DNA of 62,367 nucleotides, filler included, from Collodictyon triciliatum (Eukaryota): assembly GCA_043381765.1 (NCBI GenBank). It is 7 parts of 6 records of this genome, joined end to end, with 100 filler letters (N's around TTAATTAATTAA, not from the genome) between each part and the next. Parts side by side here need not be neighbours in the genome. Positions count along the whole stretch, not along the records: positions 20,460 to 30,585 come from JBHJMP010002786.1; positions 30,686 to 39,531 come from JBHJMP010002787.1; 5 more parts are not named here. One strand, 5' to 3'. A program made the translations under genes and the position numbers. Of the stretch, positions 26,601 to 38,776 are shown piece by piece (position 1 is the first letter of the stretch; each line of letters opens with the position of its first letter). Under the pieces are notes generated by a model, which saw only the letters and a list, made by a program, of their open reading frames with translations, had not been told where the DNA came from and did no database searches.

Positions 26601-28703
26601 TAATTAGCTTACAATGAGACCTCGTATTGGTTTGGTTGGTTGGATTATTTCTATTGAATTTTACACCAAAATAAGAGCACAGGAAGAGGGAAGCAAGAAA
26701 AATGGCGTATTCTAGAGTTATCTTGTTGATAGAAAATTTTGCTCGGATGGGTCAATATAAAAATATGATAACCTGTTCGCTTGTTTCCTCAGTATCTGAC
26801 TCCTATTTACATAACGGAAGAGAAAGAGAGAGAAAGCCATAATAACGTCAGAATTGGCTGTTGGATTGCTGTGCTTTGTGTGATGAAGATAATTTGTTTT
26901 CGTCTTGTAGGAGTTAATAGTATTCATAAATTTTGGAGATGAATTTAAAGAAAGGTTTGGTAGCGCTGGAATACCGGTGAGGCTGTTTCAATAAAGTGTA
27001 TATGATAAAAAGCCAAGCAGCTCGGCGGTATTGTAAAAAGGTTATAGTGCACGAAGAGAAAGAACCTCCGCAACAGGCCCAGTTGGACGTCTACTCGCAA
27101 ACATGTCAGCCTGTTGATCTCCAACGTGTTTAGGGGGGCGACCTATGATTGAGTCATCTTCCACAACTTCTGATGTTTCACTAGCCTCTTCATCGCTTTC
27201 TTCTTCATCCTCGTCGTCGTGCTCGCCGTCCGAATGCTGGTATTGAGTAGTTGGGTCTTCTATATCGGACGACTCTTCGACAGCTTCTTCGCTGGATTCC
27301 TCTTCCGCCTCTGAAGGTTATATTTGGTGAGTGGATGTGCATTATTAACTGAATATGGGCGATATCTAAAGAGTGCTTGTAGCATTATGTTACCCATTTC
27401 ATACAGCCCGACGTAGTCATCATCCAGAAAGTCTTGGGTTCCGATGATGTAAGGGAGAGGTGATTTGGAAAATCGGTTCTATAGGAACCAGAATTAGGAA
27501 AATGCTAGCAATTCAATGCATCTTTCGACTTAGTAGGGATGGTGGGTATCAAAACATGTTCGTATGGTATAATATGGCACAACCGATGTAGAGAACATGA
27601 TATTAATAGTAAGTACCTCTTGTTCGTCTATCTGGAGACTGATATCATCAACCGCACCGGCCTATTGATGTTGTCCATTTGGAAAACACGATTCTTATGT
27701 TAGACAAAAAAAAAAAGGCTGCTTCAAGTATGTAAGTAAATTCAAGTGAAAAAAGGAACAGATATCAACTTCAAGAGAAAAATATGTAGGGATCATATGG
27801 TAGTCATGTGTGAAGATATAAACCAACCTCTGTGGGATTTTCTACTGTGAACTTTTGAAGCAAGTCCATACCTCTTTCCATGGCCTTTTGGTACTTTGTA
27901 ATGATAACTCCCTCGACATTTTCGGCCGGTTTATCACCATCACCTTCTGTAGGCACTTCGGTTGGCACTTCAATGTCTTCTACTCGCTTTTGTGCGAAGG
28001 CGTAAGCGTTTAGTACATGATTTGTTTAATTATTATTTACAAACTCATAAACCTTTAGACAAGAAAATTCATACTGCTGTATAACCGTATCTAGCTCTAT
28101 TTGTTCAGATTGCAAAGACAACATAGATAGAAAAAAGTGAGGAAAAAAGGCGATACTGTGAAATTCATTCTTACATTTTCAATGAACTGAGTATTTGCCA
28201 GCATCAAAAACTGGTTGAAGGTGTTGTGGATTTTGACGTCCATCGACTTTGATTCGTAGACAAGGTTATCGACATTTTTTTCGAGGTCGCGGGTGCGTTG
28301 AATCAGGCGCTGCGAGAAGTCTTTCAGGTAGAAAAGGAGCTATATAGTTGAGTGAAGGTTTAACCAAACATTTGGCTAAATTCCATATAATTAAATTATA
28401 TCATATCATATCATATCATATCATATCATATCATATCATATCATATCATATCATATCATATCATATCATATCATATCATATCATATCATATCATATCAAA
28501 CATACCCCGGAATCAGCCGCCAAGGTCCATTCGCCTTTAGATGCGGCCGTGCGCATTTCTTCAACAGACCAAACACGCTCATAAGGAGCAGCTCCAGCAG
28601 TCGGCCCCCATATCACAGAGTTTGCCGGGCCGCCCATGATAGAGGCAGCAGGGCCTCCGTATTCCGAAGCCGGTGGGGCCGGAAAGTTTTCGCCGGAAGT
28701 CAT
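20656..28703 (-). CDS. WASHC2: WASH complex subunit 2 / FAM21
   Basis: Conserved head WSVEEMR...EWTLAADSG|LLFYLKDFSQRL...KIHNTFNQFLMLANTQFIEN|RV, then PLPYIIGTQDF. Long tail with many (L/I)F+acidic (LFa) motifs and the CapZ-interaction motif LEHVTATRAKSSGRRLPTR. Large last exon ends TAA at 20656. Confidence 0.93.
26094..26152 (-). mobile_element. Ultra-short retroposed insert (25 bp) with perfect 17-bp TSD, in a FAM21 intron
   Basis: AGGAGGGATTATATTAT at 26094-26110 and 26136-26152 flanks the reverse complement of ACTTTGAATCGAATTAAGGAAAAAA. Confidence 0.75.
28398..28497. repeat. (ATATC)n intronic microsatellite (other intronic FAM21 repeats: 12-mer at ~24160-24310, 8-mer at ~25051-25108)
   Basis: Perfect pentamer array between FAM21 exons 1 and 2. 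Confidence 0.95.
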
Positions 28704-31249
28704 CCGCAGGTTTTCAATACCGGAAATCTGCATTATTAAAAAGTGTGTGGTGCGAGAAAAGGTCTGAGTGATGATACTTTGTATGGGCTGTCTCTCGGTA
28801 TTCCTCTGAGACGAAGGAAAAGAGACTCGGTGAATAAGAAACTTGGCCGTGAAAAGTGCGCTTTTTGGAGTAGGTAATAGCAATAACAATAATAATAATA
28901 TTAATAATAATAATAGTAATAAAAAATAGTAACAGTAATAACAATAACATAATGATGATAATAATAATTTTTCCTTTCATAATAAAATGGTAATGGCAAT
29001 AGTAATAGTAATAATAATGGTAATACTGTGATCGTAATGAAGGGAAAGCGACATGACAAATGAGAAAGGGCTTTTATATTTTCATTTTATTTTTGCCTCG
29101 CAGCGAGGGGCAGATCAAGTTGCTTCATGCTAATGAAAAAATAAAATAAAAATACAAGCCTAGATTCTGTATAACATCTTAGTTGAGACCCTTCCCAAGC
29201 AAAGGCACGGGAATAAAGTGGTTTTTCTCTGCCAAGTTTTGACAAGTCTCGTCTTCAATTGCGTTGCAAACAAAGATGAAAGAGTCAGCGCCACCAAAGA
29301 GATCACACATTGCCGTGAAGAAAAGAGAGTTTCGTTTGACTGGTGGAAGGTTCGACCCAAAAAGAAAAAAGAAAGGCTATGTTCGCTACATCTATGCTAA
29401 TAATAGCGTGCGTAGCGATATTATTAATCTGGAATATATTTTATAAGTATCATATATCAACACAATATTCGAATATTTGTTATAATAAACTTATAAATCA
29501 GTAATAAATTATATATATACAATATTGATTTACTTTCTTGGTGATTACCTTGAATTAGCTTTGCATTCGCCTAATTTTACAGGAAAGGGAAAAATGGTGC
29601 CGCGGGAAGCCGTTGATTGCGTCATCCACCGATGTTGTTCTTCACGGAAATGGCTAAGGGAGTCTATATTAAGAGATGGCTCGAGAACTGGGAATCCTTT
29701 CCAACCCGCGTGAAATGGTACCAAATTTGTAATTATGCAGGATTGGAGTTCATAGGCTGGCAGAGGCGCGGGATTTGTTGTGCAAGCCGTTACTTGCACC
29801 AATTTTTGGCGGGAAAATACAAATGGCGCGCAAATGTGTCTTGTGGTGCACAACGCATATCATCCAGAAATGGGATATCGACATACGGACAGCCCGTTCT
29901 GTGGGTAGAATCAAAAGCTCTTTATTTCCGCGCACCTGCTCTTTATCATTTGTGATTGATATTTTGCGAGCGAAGACCAACGACAAACAAGCTTTGGTGT
30001 TTGTTCTCTTTGGAATATGAAAAAATAACATACAAAAATTAAAAAAAAGAAACATGACCGAAAATAATTACAAAAAAAAAAAAAACTAAAAAAAATATTA
30101 AAAAAAATCCCGTGAATTGGCGGGAATATGTGAATTTTCCTTCAAACAAGCGCCATTCTTCCTTCTCCCAGGCGCCCGCTCTCCCTCACACGCATCTACC
30201 TGTTCAACCAGCTTTTGACGAGATACAGCGCCGTGCCTTTCACCCCAACACGCCTCGATTAACAGCGCCTGTGCAGTGAATATATGTATATATATATATA
30301 TACGCACGCTATTCATTATTCGCTATTCACTCCTGCTCTTTCAAAGTGTTTCGTTGTCCAATTTCAAAAAGCATAATGGCCTCACAACAAAATTGCCGTA
30401 TCAGTCGGAATTCCCGTGTGTATATCAATCCCTTTCCCTCGCCACCCAAAACCCACACACAGCCAAGTAAGTCACAGACAAGAGAACAACACGAAGAAAA
30501 AGAGAAAAAAAGAGAAAAAAGAGAAAAAAGAGAAAAAAGAGAAAAAAGAGAAAAAAGAGAAAAAAGAGAAAAAAAGAGAAAAAAANNNNNNNNNNNNNNN
30601 NNNNNNNNNNNNNNNNNNNNNNNNNNNNNTTAATTAATTAANNNNNNNNNNNNNNNNNNNNNNNNNNNNNNNNNNNNNNNNNNNNAAAAGAAAGAATAAA
30701 AAAGAAAGAATAAAAAAGAAAGAATAAAAAAGAAAGAATAAAAAAGAAAGAATAAAAAAGAAAGAATAAAAAAGAAAGAATAAAATGAACAAAAATGAAT
30801 AAAAAAGAATGGAGCCATAAGTAATCTTAAACAGCTAGATATATGAAGGAAGGATATAGAATATTTCGATCGAAAATAATTTTGAAAGGATAAATATAGT
30901 TTTTAAATGCTGCTATCATGGCCATGATTTAAGTTGCTTATTTCGTTCTGTGATATATATCTCTAATAAACGTCCATGTTAACACAAAAACCAAATTCAA
31001 AAGCTTCAGCTTCTTTTCACATTTTATTCGATTTCTCCATAACATCTCGATAGTAAATCTTTTGTTATCTTGTTACTATCAGGTCCATTTCTCTTAAAAC
31101 TTAAACGCCTGTATATGATACATTTGACAAAATTATCAGATATTTATCCATTAGAGTATGCATTAATAACAAGAGAAAAAAATCATTTAAATATGAAGCG
31201 TATAAATATTACTTTGAAGAAATTCATGAATGAGATTCAAACCCAAAAA

Positions 31250-34200
31250 TCAAAGTGGCGAGTCATTTATATCTTTTGGATTTGAAATATGACACATCTC
31301 CTTATCTTCGTATGGTTTTTTTTTGAAAAACTTTGCCTTTGCATAAAAATAAAAGCAAATCTTGCCCATCAAGGCCCACATTAAAAGGACCATAGAATAA
31401 GCGTTTCTTAAAATCATTTTCACAACAACAGGACCTGCTTTTGAAAGAAATATAGCACCTATTCCACCATTTAGTGTAACGACTGATAATAGTAAGAATG
31501 TTTCAGTATTTTGATTTGGATTATTGTACCGGAATATTAAACTCATCATTAGAGTGAAGTAAAGAACCAAAAGGGATTGAATTTGCGACTTCCTTAATAC
31601 ATTTGATATAAACGGCTTGAAATAGATGGTTGAAGCTATCATCAAAAAGAGCAACCACAAACCAAAGTAAATCTGAAGCGAAGCTGAAAAAAATGTGCTT
31701 ATCATTACAATTAAAAGCTTTTGCATCATCATCAAAACTTCCCAATATTGGCATTTTTCGGTATATCCATCCACCAGAAATCTTAAAAGTTCATATGATT
31801 TTGAAGTTGGATTACACAAAGCCCTTCTCTTTTTAACAATTCTGACTAGTATAAGCAAAGGACCTCCAATACAATATGTAATCAAGAAAGAAGACGAAAT
31901 ATTTCTCCATAGTTTGTAAGTAACATCATCACAAAAAATAGACATGTCAGATTTCAAGTAATTTTCTTGTCCTAGTTTTTGACAAGGAAATATTTCGGAA
32001 ATTGTTGAAGTAATAGAAGGATGCACAAAAAATAGCATGACCAGCGATGAGTAGAAAAATTCTTTTTTGAATTGAATAAATGTCATTTCATCCACGGTAA
32101 TCAATTTCTTATACAATAGCCAACCTTTTTTCAAAATTATGAAAAATATTACCACTATCATAAGTATAATCGGAGTCATAATGGAATACAAAATCCTATC
32201 GTAAACAGTAAATTTAAATTGACATTCCATCGGTAAGCTCTCCATAGAAAATGAAAATGAAAACAAAGCAGGTATTTTCATTACTGAAACTATAACCGCA
32301 CTCCAGTTTACATCAAAATTGGCTAAGTATGATAGAACTTGGTAATGCGTGGAAAGAGACTTAAGTATTAAAATGTTCCCAGTTTTTGGCTGCCTTGATT
32401 GTTCTATCATGAAGAAGGTAAAAGCGAGTGGAATGCATATGCTCAGAAAAAATAATAGCAAATTGGCCCCTTTAGATGGACATTTTATACATATGGATCC
32501 CATCTTCCCGTAGCCTCTTTCACAAACACTACATAAAGCTCCGCTATATCCATCGGCACAGCTATTATTGCCTCCATTACATGCTTCTTGATTAAAGCAT
32601 TTAAATGCGATGTATTCTCCACTCGAACTCTGGGCCTGCCAATATCCGGGTGCGACATTAAGGTTATTGCTTCCATCGCATATGAAGCCTTCTGGACAAG
32701 GTTTGCATATCTTATCTCTAGAGTCGAAATATGTATTTGTAAAACACTTACAATCACTTACAGAAGCGGCGCCTGTTATATTAGTAAAAGAATTAAAGGG
32801 ACAGTCCTTGCACAAAGTTTGACCATAATTTTCGTTGAAAGTACCTGGGGGGCATTTGAAACATTCTTCCTGCTTTTCATACCATCCTGGTTGGCACTGA
32901 CACGTAGAGTTTATCAAATCAAAGCCAATTTTGCAAATACAATCGACCGGATTCATAGACCCATTATTACGTGTGGTAAATTTGCTGGCACACTGAAGAC
33001 AAAAATTTGTTCCATGTGTAGACTTGTAATAACCAACCTGACATGGAACACATTTGCCATCACTTTCGAATTTACCGGTTGGGCAGGTGCAAAGTCCATC
33101 AATGAAAACATATGATCGAACACATTTACAGTCAGTGATCAATTTGGACTCTTCAACTATGGTGGTTGAGCGCGTCGGACAAGTATTACAAGAGGGGCTC
33201 CTTTCTTGGCTGTAGCTCCCCTTCTCGCATGCAATACACAATGATCGACTAAATGAGCCAGTTCTGTTATTGAATGTACCAGCTGGACATGATGTGCACG
33301 ATGCTTGACCATCTCTATCATTCCAAGTGCCTTGTGGACATTCAATGCATGATATATTTCCATATGAGGCAGAGTTTGAATTGTATGTGCCTTTTGGACA
33401 AGCATAGCATGAATTTGAGTCTTTTGTGATTCCTTCTTTTTGATAGAATCCCGATGAGCATAAGCTGCATGATGCACTTCCAAAAGAGCTGTAGCTTCCG
33501 TTTGGACATGAAATGCATGATAATTGATTGAATGAGCCAGTTTTGTTGTTGAATGTACCAGATGGACACGATTTGCATGTTGCCTGACCATCTCTATCAT
33601 TCCAAGTACCTTGTGGACATTCAATGCATGACTTGTTTCCATGAGAGCCAGAGTTTGAGTTGAATCTGCCATTTGGACAAGCATAGCATGATTGTGAGTC
33701 TTTTGCGACATTTTCTTGTTGGTAGAATCCTGATAAGCATAAGCTGCATGATGAGCTTCTCTCTGAGCTGTAGCTTCCATTTAGACACGAAATGCATGAT
33801 GATTGATTGATTGAGCCAGTTTTATTGTTGAAAGTACCCGCTGGACATGATGTGCATGACGCTTGACCATCTCTATCATTCCATGTGCCTTGTGGACATT
33901 CAATGCATGACTTGTTTCCATGAGAGCCAGAGTTTGAGTTGAATCTGCCATTCGGACAAGCGTAGCATGATTTCGAGTCTTTTATTACTCCTTCCTTTTG
34001 GTAGAATCCTGATGAGCATAAGCTACATGAAGAGCTTCCAGCTGAGCTGTAGCTTCCATCTGGACATGGAATGCATGATGATTGATTGAATGAGCCAGTT
34101 TGATTGTTGAAAGTACCCGCTGGACATGATGTGCATGACGCCTGACCATCTCTATCATTCCATGTGCCTTGTGGACATTCAATGCATGATTTGTATCCAT

Positions 34201-37200
34201 ATGAGCCAGAGTTAGTGTTGAATGTGCCATTCGGACAAGCGTAGCATGATTTTGAGTCTTTTATTACTCCTTCCTTTTGGTAGAATCCTGATGAGCATGG
34301 GCTGCATGATGCACTCCCAACTGAGCTGTAGCTTCCGTTTGGACATGAAATACATGATGATTGATTGAATGAGCCCGTTTTGTTGATAAATGTACCAGCT
34401 GGACATGATGTGCATGACGCCTGACCATCTCTATCATTCCAAGTACCTTGTGGACATTCAATACACGATTTGTTTCCATATGAATCGAAGTTTGAGTTGA
34501 ATGTGCCTTTCGGGCAAGAGTAACATGATTTTGAGTCTTTTGTGATTCCTTCTTTTTGATAGAATCCAGATGAACATGAGATACACGATGCGCTTCTTTC
34601 TGAGCTGTAGCTTCCATTTGGACATGATATGCACGATGATTCATCAAATGAGCCAGTTTCATTGTTGAATGTACCAGGCGGACATGATGTGCATGATGCC
34701 TGACCATCTCTATCATTCCAAGTACCTTGTGGACATTCAATGCATGACTTGTTTCCATGTGAGCCGGAGTTTGAGTTGAATGTGCCTTTTGAACAAGCAT
34801 AGCATGATTCTGAGTCTTTTGCGATTCCTTCTTTCTGATAGAATCCTGATAAACATGATGTGCATGAAACGCTTCTCTCGGAGCTGTAGCTTCCATCTGG
34901 ACATGAAATGCAAGATAATAGATTGAATGAGCCACTTTTATTGTTAAATGTACCAGCTGGACATGATGTGCATGATGCTTGACCCTCTCTATCATTCCAA
35001 GTACCTTGTGGACATTCAATACATGATGTATTTCCATATGAGCCGGAGTTTGAGTTGAATGAGCCTTTTGGACAAGGGTAGCATGATTTTGAGTCTTTTA
35101 TTACTCCTTCCTTTTGGTAGAATCCTGATAGGCACAAGCTGCATGATGAGCTTCTTTCGGAGCTGTAGCTTCCATTTGGACATGAAATACAAGATGATTG
35201 ATTAAATGAGCCAGCCTTATCGTTGAATGTACCAGCGGGACACGATATGCATGATGCTTGACCCTCTCTATCATTCCAAGTGCCTTGTGGACATTGTATA
35301 CATGATGTGTTTCCATATGAGCCAGATTTTGAGTTGAATGTAACTTTTGGACAAGCATAACATGATTTCGAATCTTTCATTATTTCTTCTTTTTGATAGT
35401 ATCCTGATAAGCATAAGATACACGATGCGCTTCTTTCTGAACTGTAGCTTCCATTTGGACATGAAATGCATGATGACTGATTGAATGAGCCAGTTTTGTT
35501 GTTGAATGTCCCATCTCGACATGATGTGCATGATGCTTGACCATCTCTATCATTCCAAGTGCCTTGTGGACATTCGATACATGATTTGTTTCCATGTGAG
35601 CCAGAGTTTGAGTTGAATGTGCCTTTTGGGCAAGCATAGCATGATTTCGAGTCTTTTTTGACTCCCTCTTTTTGATAGTATCCTGATGAGCATAAGCTGC
35701 ATGATGAGCTTCCAGCTGAGCTGTAGCTTCCATTTGGACATGAAACACATGATGATTGATCGAACGAGCCAGTTTTGTTGTTGTATGTACCAGCTGGACA
35801 TGATGTGCATGATGCTTGACCATCTCTATCATTCCAAGTACCTTGTGGACATTCGATACATGATATGTTTCCATGTGAGCCGGAGTTTGAGTTGAATGTG
35901 CCTTTTGGGCAAGCGTAGCATGATTGCGAGTCTTTTATGATTCCTTCTTTTTGATAGTATCCTGATGAGCATAAGCTGCATGATGAGCTTCCAGCTGAGT
36001 TGTAGCTTCCATTTGGACATGAAATACAAGATGATTGATTGAATGAGCCTGTTTTATTGTTGAATGTACCAGCTGGACATGATGTGCATGAAACTTGACC
36101 ATCTCTATCATTCCAAGTACCTTGTGGACATTCAATGCATGATTTGTTTCCATGTGAGCCGGAGTTAGTGTTGAATGTGCCTTTTGGACAAGAATAGCAT
36201 GATTGCGAGTCTTTTATGATTCCTTCTTTTTGATAGAATCCTGATGAGCATAAACTGCATGATGTGCTTCTTTCCGAGCTATAGCTTCCATTTTGACATG
36301 AAATGCATGATGATACACCAAATGAACCAGTTTTATTGTTGAATGTACCAGCTGGACATGATGTGCATGATGCTTGACCCTCTCTATCATTCCAAGTACC
36401 TTGTGGACATTTAATACACGATTTATTCTCATATGAGCCAGAGTTTGAGTTGAATGTGCCTTTTGGACAAGAATAGCATGATTGCGAGTCTTTTATAATT
36501 TCTTCCTTTTGATAGAATCCTGATAAACACAAACTGCATGATGAGCTTCTCTCTGAGCTGTAGCTTCCATTCGGACATGAAATACACGATGATTGATTTG
36601 ATAAGCCAGTTTTATTGTTGAATGTACCAGCGGGACATGATGTGCATGATGCTTGACCCTCTCTATCATTCCAAGTACCTTGTGGACATTTAATACACGA
36701 TGAGTTTCCATATGAGCCAGAGTACGAGTTGAATGTACCTTTTGGACAAGAATGGCATGATTTGGAGTCCTTTTTAATTCCTTCTTTTTGATAGAATCCT
36801 GATGAGCACAAGCTGCATGACGAGCTTCTTTCTGAACTATAGCTCCCATTTGGACATGTGATGCATGATGATACATCAAATGAGCCAGTTTTATTGTTGA
36901 ATGTTCCGGATGTGCATGGAATACAATCATTTCTATCAAAATTAACGTATGTTCCGAATGGACACTCAATACAAGATGATTCATCGCTACCTCCGAAATT
37001 GGGATTATATTTTCCAAGACTACATTTTTTGCATATAGTCTGTCCTATTTGGTCAGCATACGTTCCTGATGTGCAAAAAGAGCATACGATCGAAGCTGTT
37101 TCGGAGGAAAAGCTTCCTATTGGACATGGCTTACAGTCTAAAGCACTCTTAGAGGCTGGAGTGGAGTTAAAAGTACCTGAAGGGCACTTTTGGCATATAT

Positions 37201-38776
37201 TCGACTCTGTATAGTTCGAGAATGTTCCGGGCAAGCAAGGAGAACAGAAAGCTTTACCAGTTTCATTATTGAAAAATCCACGGTCGCAAGCGATACAAAA
37301 TTCTTGTCCGATGGAGGGATTATAGGTTCCAACTTTGCATGAGGTACAATTGTCGATATTTGGTGAACCTATGTTTGGATTGAAAGTCCCAACAGGACAT
37401 GAAATGCATAAAGGCTGACCAGGTAAGGGATTATATGTACCCGATTTACAAGGAATACATGAACTATTACTGGATGCACCTATTAACGGACCGTAAGAAC
37501 CAGGAGGACATCTTATGCATGAATTTATACTAATTGATCCTACTTCTGAGTTATATGTGCCAGTAGGACATGAGGCACATAAAGATTGACCACTTTTTGG
37601 ATTGAAAGTACCAGGTGCACATAAAAGGCAAGAACTTATACTAGTCGACCCTAAAGATGGATTATAGCTTCCAGGAGGACACAACGTACAGTTTAAACTT
37701 CCGATTGCTGCATAACTTCCTATTGAGCACTTAACACAGGCTTTTGATTCAGAGTCATAATAAAAGCCTCCAGAACATATACCCCATATTTTGATTAACC
37801 TATCATAACTACCGGAGACAATTTTTGAGTTATCAGGAGTAATAACGACGCTCCAAACACTGCCACCATGGCCATCATAGGAACGAATCAGGCTTCCATC
37901 ATACATATTCCAAAGTTTTATCGAAAAATCATCACTCCCAGATACAATTTTTGACCCATCAAGAGATATACTCACGAACTGAACCCCATACGTATGACCG
38001 TTTAAAGTTAGAATCAATTGACCATCTAAGATGTTCCAAATTTTAATTGTTGTATCCATGCTGGCAGAAATAATTTTTGAACCATCAGGAGAGACAACAA
38101 CACCTAAAACCCAGTGAGTATGACCATTTAAAGTGAGAATCAGTTTCCCATCAGAAAGCTTCCAAATTTTGATGGTCTTGTCATCACTCGCAGAAATAAT
38201 TTTTGAACCGTCCGGAGAAACAAAAACCTCATTAACATCACTCATATGTCCCATCAAAGTGCGAATCAGATTTCCATCTAAAATATTCCAAACTTTGATA
38301 GTGTTGTCCCAGCTTCCAGATACAATTTTAGATCCATCTGGTGTACTTGTAACACTGAATACAAGGTCTTTGTGGTCATTAAAGGTTCGAATAAGTATAC
38401 CATCATTAGCATTCCATAGTCTTATGCGATTATCATTACTACCAGATATAATTTTTGAGCCATCGGGAGTTAAAGCAACAGTTTCAACCATAGTGCCACG
38501 TACAGTCATAGTGTTAATTAATGCACCAGTTGAAAAATTCCAAACCCTAACCTCCTCATAATTCCCAGAAACAATTTTTGATCCATCTGGGGTAACTTTT
38601 ACACTAGAAACTGCGCTAGCACGCACTACTAATGTATTTATTGAGTAATCTTGTCCTTGTGTCCTGTGTAATAGACAGCAAAGGATTACACCTATACATA
38701 TGATCGTCAATAATTGCTCATCAAAATTAGAATAAATATTTTTACCTAGTAAATAGACACATTTCAGTGAATCCAT
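31250..38776 (-). CDS. 2508-aa intronless surface receptor-like protein: signal peptide, 7 WD40 repeats, long GCC2/GCC3 (ephrin-receptor-like) Cys-rich array, C-terminal multipass membrane domain
   Basis: Hydrophobic LLTIICIGVILCCLL then TQG/QD; repeats of SPDGSKIVSGSxDxTIKIW; CxxCPxGTF repeats; CADGYSGALCSVC..GY juxtamembrane motif; about 8-9 hydrophobic segments at the C-terminus. Confidence 0.9.
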   Translation of the reverse strand: MDSLKCVYLLGKNIYSNFDEQLLTIICIGVILCCLLHRTQGQDYSINTLVVRASAVSSVKVTPDGSKIVSGNYEEVRVWNFSTGALINTMTVRGTMVETVALTPDGSKIISGSNDNRIRLWNANDGILIRTFNDHKDLVFSVTSTPDGSKIVSGSWDNTIKVWNILDGNLIRTLMGHMSDVNEVFVSPDGSKIISASDDKTIKIWKLSDGKLILTLNGHTHWVLGVVVSPDGSKIISASMDTTIKIWNILDGQLILTLNGHTYGVQFVSISLDGSKIVSGSDDFSIKLWNMYDGSLIRSYDGHGGSVWSVVITPDNSKIVSGSYDRLIKIWGICSGGFYYDSESKACVKCSIGSYAAIGSLNCTLCPPGSYNPSLGSTSISSCLLCAPGTFNPKSGQSLCASCPTGTYNSEVGSISINSCIRCPPGSYGPLIGASSNSSCIPCKSGTYNPLPGQPLCISCPVGTFNPNIGSPNIDNCTSCKVGTYNPSIGQEFCIACDRGFFNNETGKAFCSPCLPGTFSNYTESNICQKCPSGTFNSTPASKSALDCKPCPIGSFSSETASIVCSFCTSGTYADQIGQTICKKCSLGKYNPNFGGSDESSCIECPFGTYVNFDRNDCIPCTSGTFNNKTGSFDVSSCITCPNGSYSSERSSSCSLCSSGFYQKEGIKKDSKSCHSCPKGTFNSYSGSYGNSSCIKCPQGTWNDREGQASCTSCPAGTFNNKTGLSNQSSCISCPNGSYSSERSSSCSLCLSGFYQKEEIIKDSQSCYSCPKGTFNSNSGSYENKSCIKCPQGTWNDREGQASCTSCPAGTFNNKTGSFGVSSCISCQNGSYSSERSTSCSLCSSGFYQKEGIIKDSQSCYSCPKGTFNTNSGSHGNKSCIECPQGTWNDRDGQVSCTSCPAGTFNNKTGSFNQSSCISCPNGSYNSAGSSSCSLCSSGYYQKEGIIKDSQSCYACPKGTFNSNSGSHGNISCIECPQGTWNDRDGQASCTSCPAGTYNNKTGSFDQSSCVSCPNGSYSSAGSSSCSLCSSGYYQKEGVKKDSKSCYACPKGTFNSNSGSHGNKSCIECPQGTWNDRDGQASCTSCRDGTFNNKTGSFNQSSCISCPNGSYSSERSASCILCLSGYYQKEEIMKDSKSCYACPKVTFNSKSGSYGNTSCIQCPQGTWNDREGQASCISCPAGTFNDKAGSFNQSSCISCPNGSYSSERSSSCSLCLSGFYQKEGVIKDSKSCYPCPKGSFNSNSGSYGNTSCIECPQGTWNDREGQASCTSCPAGTFNNKSGSFNLLSCISCPDGSYSSERSVSCTSCLSGFYQKEGIAKDSESCYACSKGTFNSNSGSHGNKSCIECPQGTWNDRDGQASCTSCPPGTFNNETGSFDESSCISCPNGSYSSERSASCISCSSGFYQKEGITKDSKSCYSCPKGTFNSNFDSYGNKSCIECPQGTWNDRDGQASCTSCPAGTFINKTGSFNQSSCISCPNGSYSSVGSASCSPCSSGFYQKEGVIKDSKSCYACPNGTFNTNSGSYGYKSCIECPQGTWNDRDGQASCTSCPAGTFNNQTGSFNQSSCIPCPDGSYSSAGSSSCSLCSSGFYQKEGVIKDSKSCYACPNGRFNSNSGSHGNKSCIECPQGTWNDRDGQASCTSCPAGTFNNKTGSINQSSCISCLNGSYSSERSSSCSLCLSGFYQQENVAKDSQSCYACPNGRFNSNSGSHGNKSCIECPQGTWNDRDGQATCKSCPSGTFNNKTGSFNQLSCISCPNGSYSSFGSASCSLCSSGFYQKEGITKDSNSCYACPKGTYNSNSASYGNISCIECPQGTWNDRDGQASCTSCPAGTFNNRTGSFSRSLCIACEKGSYSQERSPSCNTCPTRSTTIVEESKLITDCKCVRSYVFIDGLCTCPTGKFESDGKCVPCQVGYYKSTHGTNFCLQCASKFTTRNNGSMNPVDCICKIGFDLINSTCQCQPGWYEKQEECFKCPPGTFNENYGQTLCKDCPFNSFTNITGAASVSDCKCFTNTYFDSRDKICKPCPEGFICDGSNNLNVAPGYWQAQSSSGEYIAFKCFNQEACNGGNNSCADGYSGALCSVCERGYGKMGSICIKCPSKGANLLLFFLSICIPLAFTFFMIEQSRQPKTGNILILKSLSTHYQVLSYLANFDVNWSAVIVSVMKIPALFSFSFSMESLPMECQFKFTVYDRILYSIMTPIILMIVVIFFIILKKGWLLYKKLITVDEMTFIQFKKEFFYSSLVMLFFVHPSITSTISEIFPCQKLGQENYLKSDMSIFCDDVTYKLWRNISSSFLITYCIGGPLLILVRIVKKRRALCNPTSKSYELLRFLVDGYTEKCQYWEVLMMMQKLLIVMISTFFSASLQIYFGLWLLFLMIASTIYFKPFISNVLRKSQIQSLLVLYFTLMMSLIFRYNNPNQNTETFLLLSVVTLNGGIGAIFLSKAGPVVVKMILRNAYSMVLLMWALMGKICFYFYAKAKFFKKKPYEDKEMCHISNPKDINDSPL
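33200..36930 (-). repeat. Coding tandem repeat, 13 units of 279 bp (93 aa)
   Basis: CPQGTWNDR(D/E)GQ occurs 13 times; nucleotide landmarks recur every 279 bp (e.g. near 35173, 35452, 35731, 36010). Confidence 0.9.

Noticed and set aside
29160-30470. Short overlapping ORFs upstream of FAM21
   Set aside because: No recognisable motif or consistent exon chain; a gene may exist but cannot be supported.
33200-36930. CRISPR-like or non-coding array; overlapping His/Met-rich ORFs
   Set aside because: The period is a multiple of 3 with no unique spacers; it is the coding repeat of the 2508-aa ORF, and the other frames are by-products.
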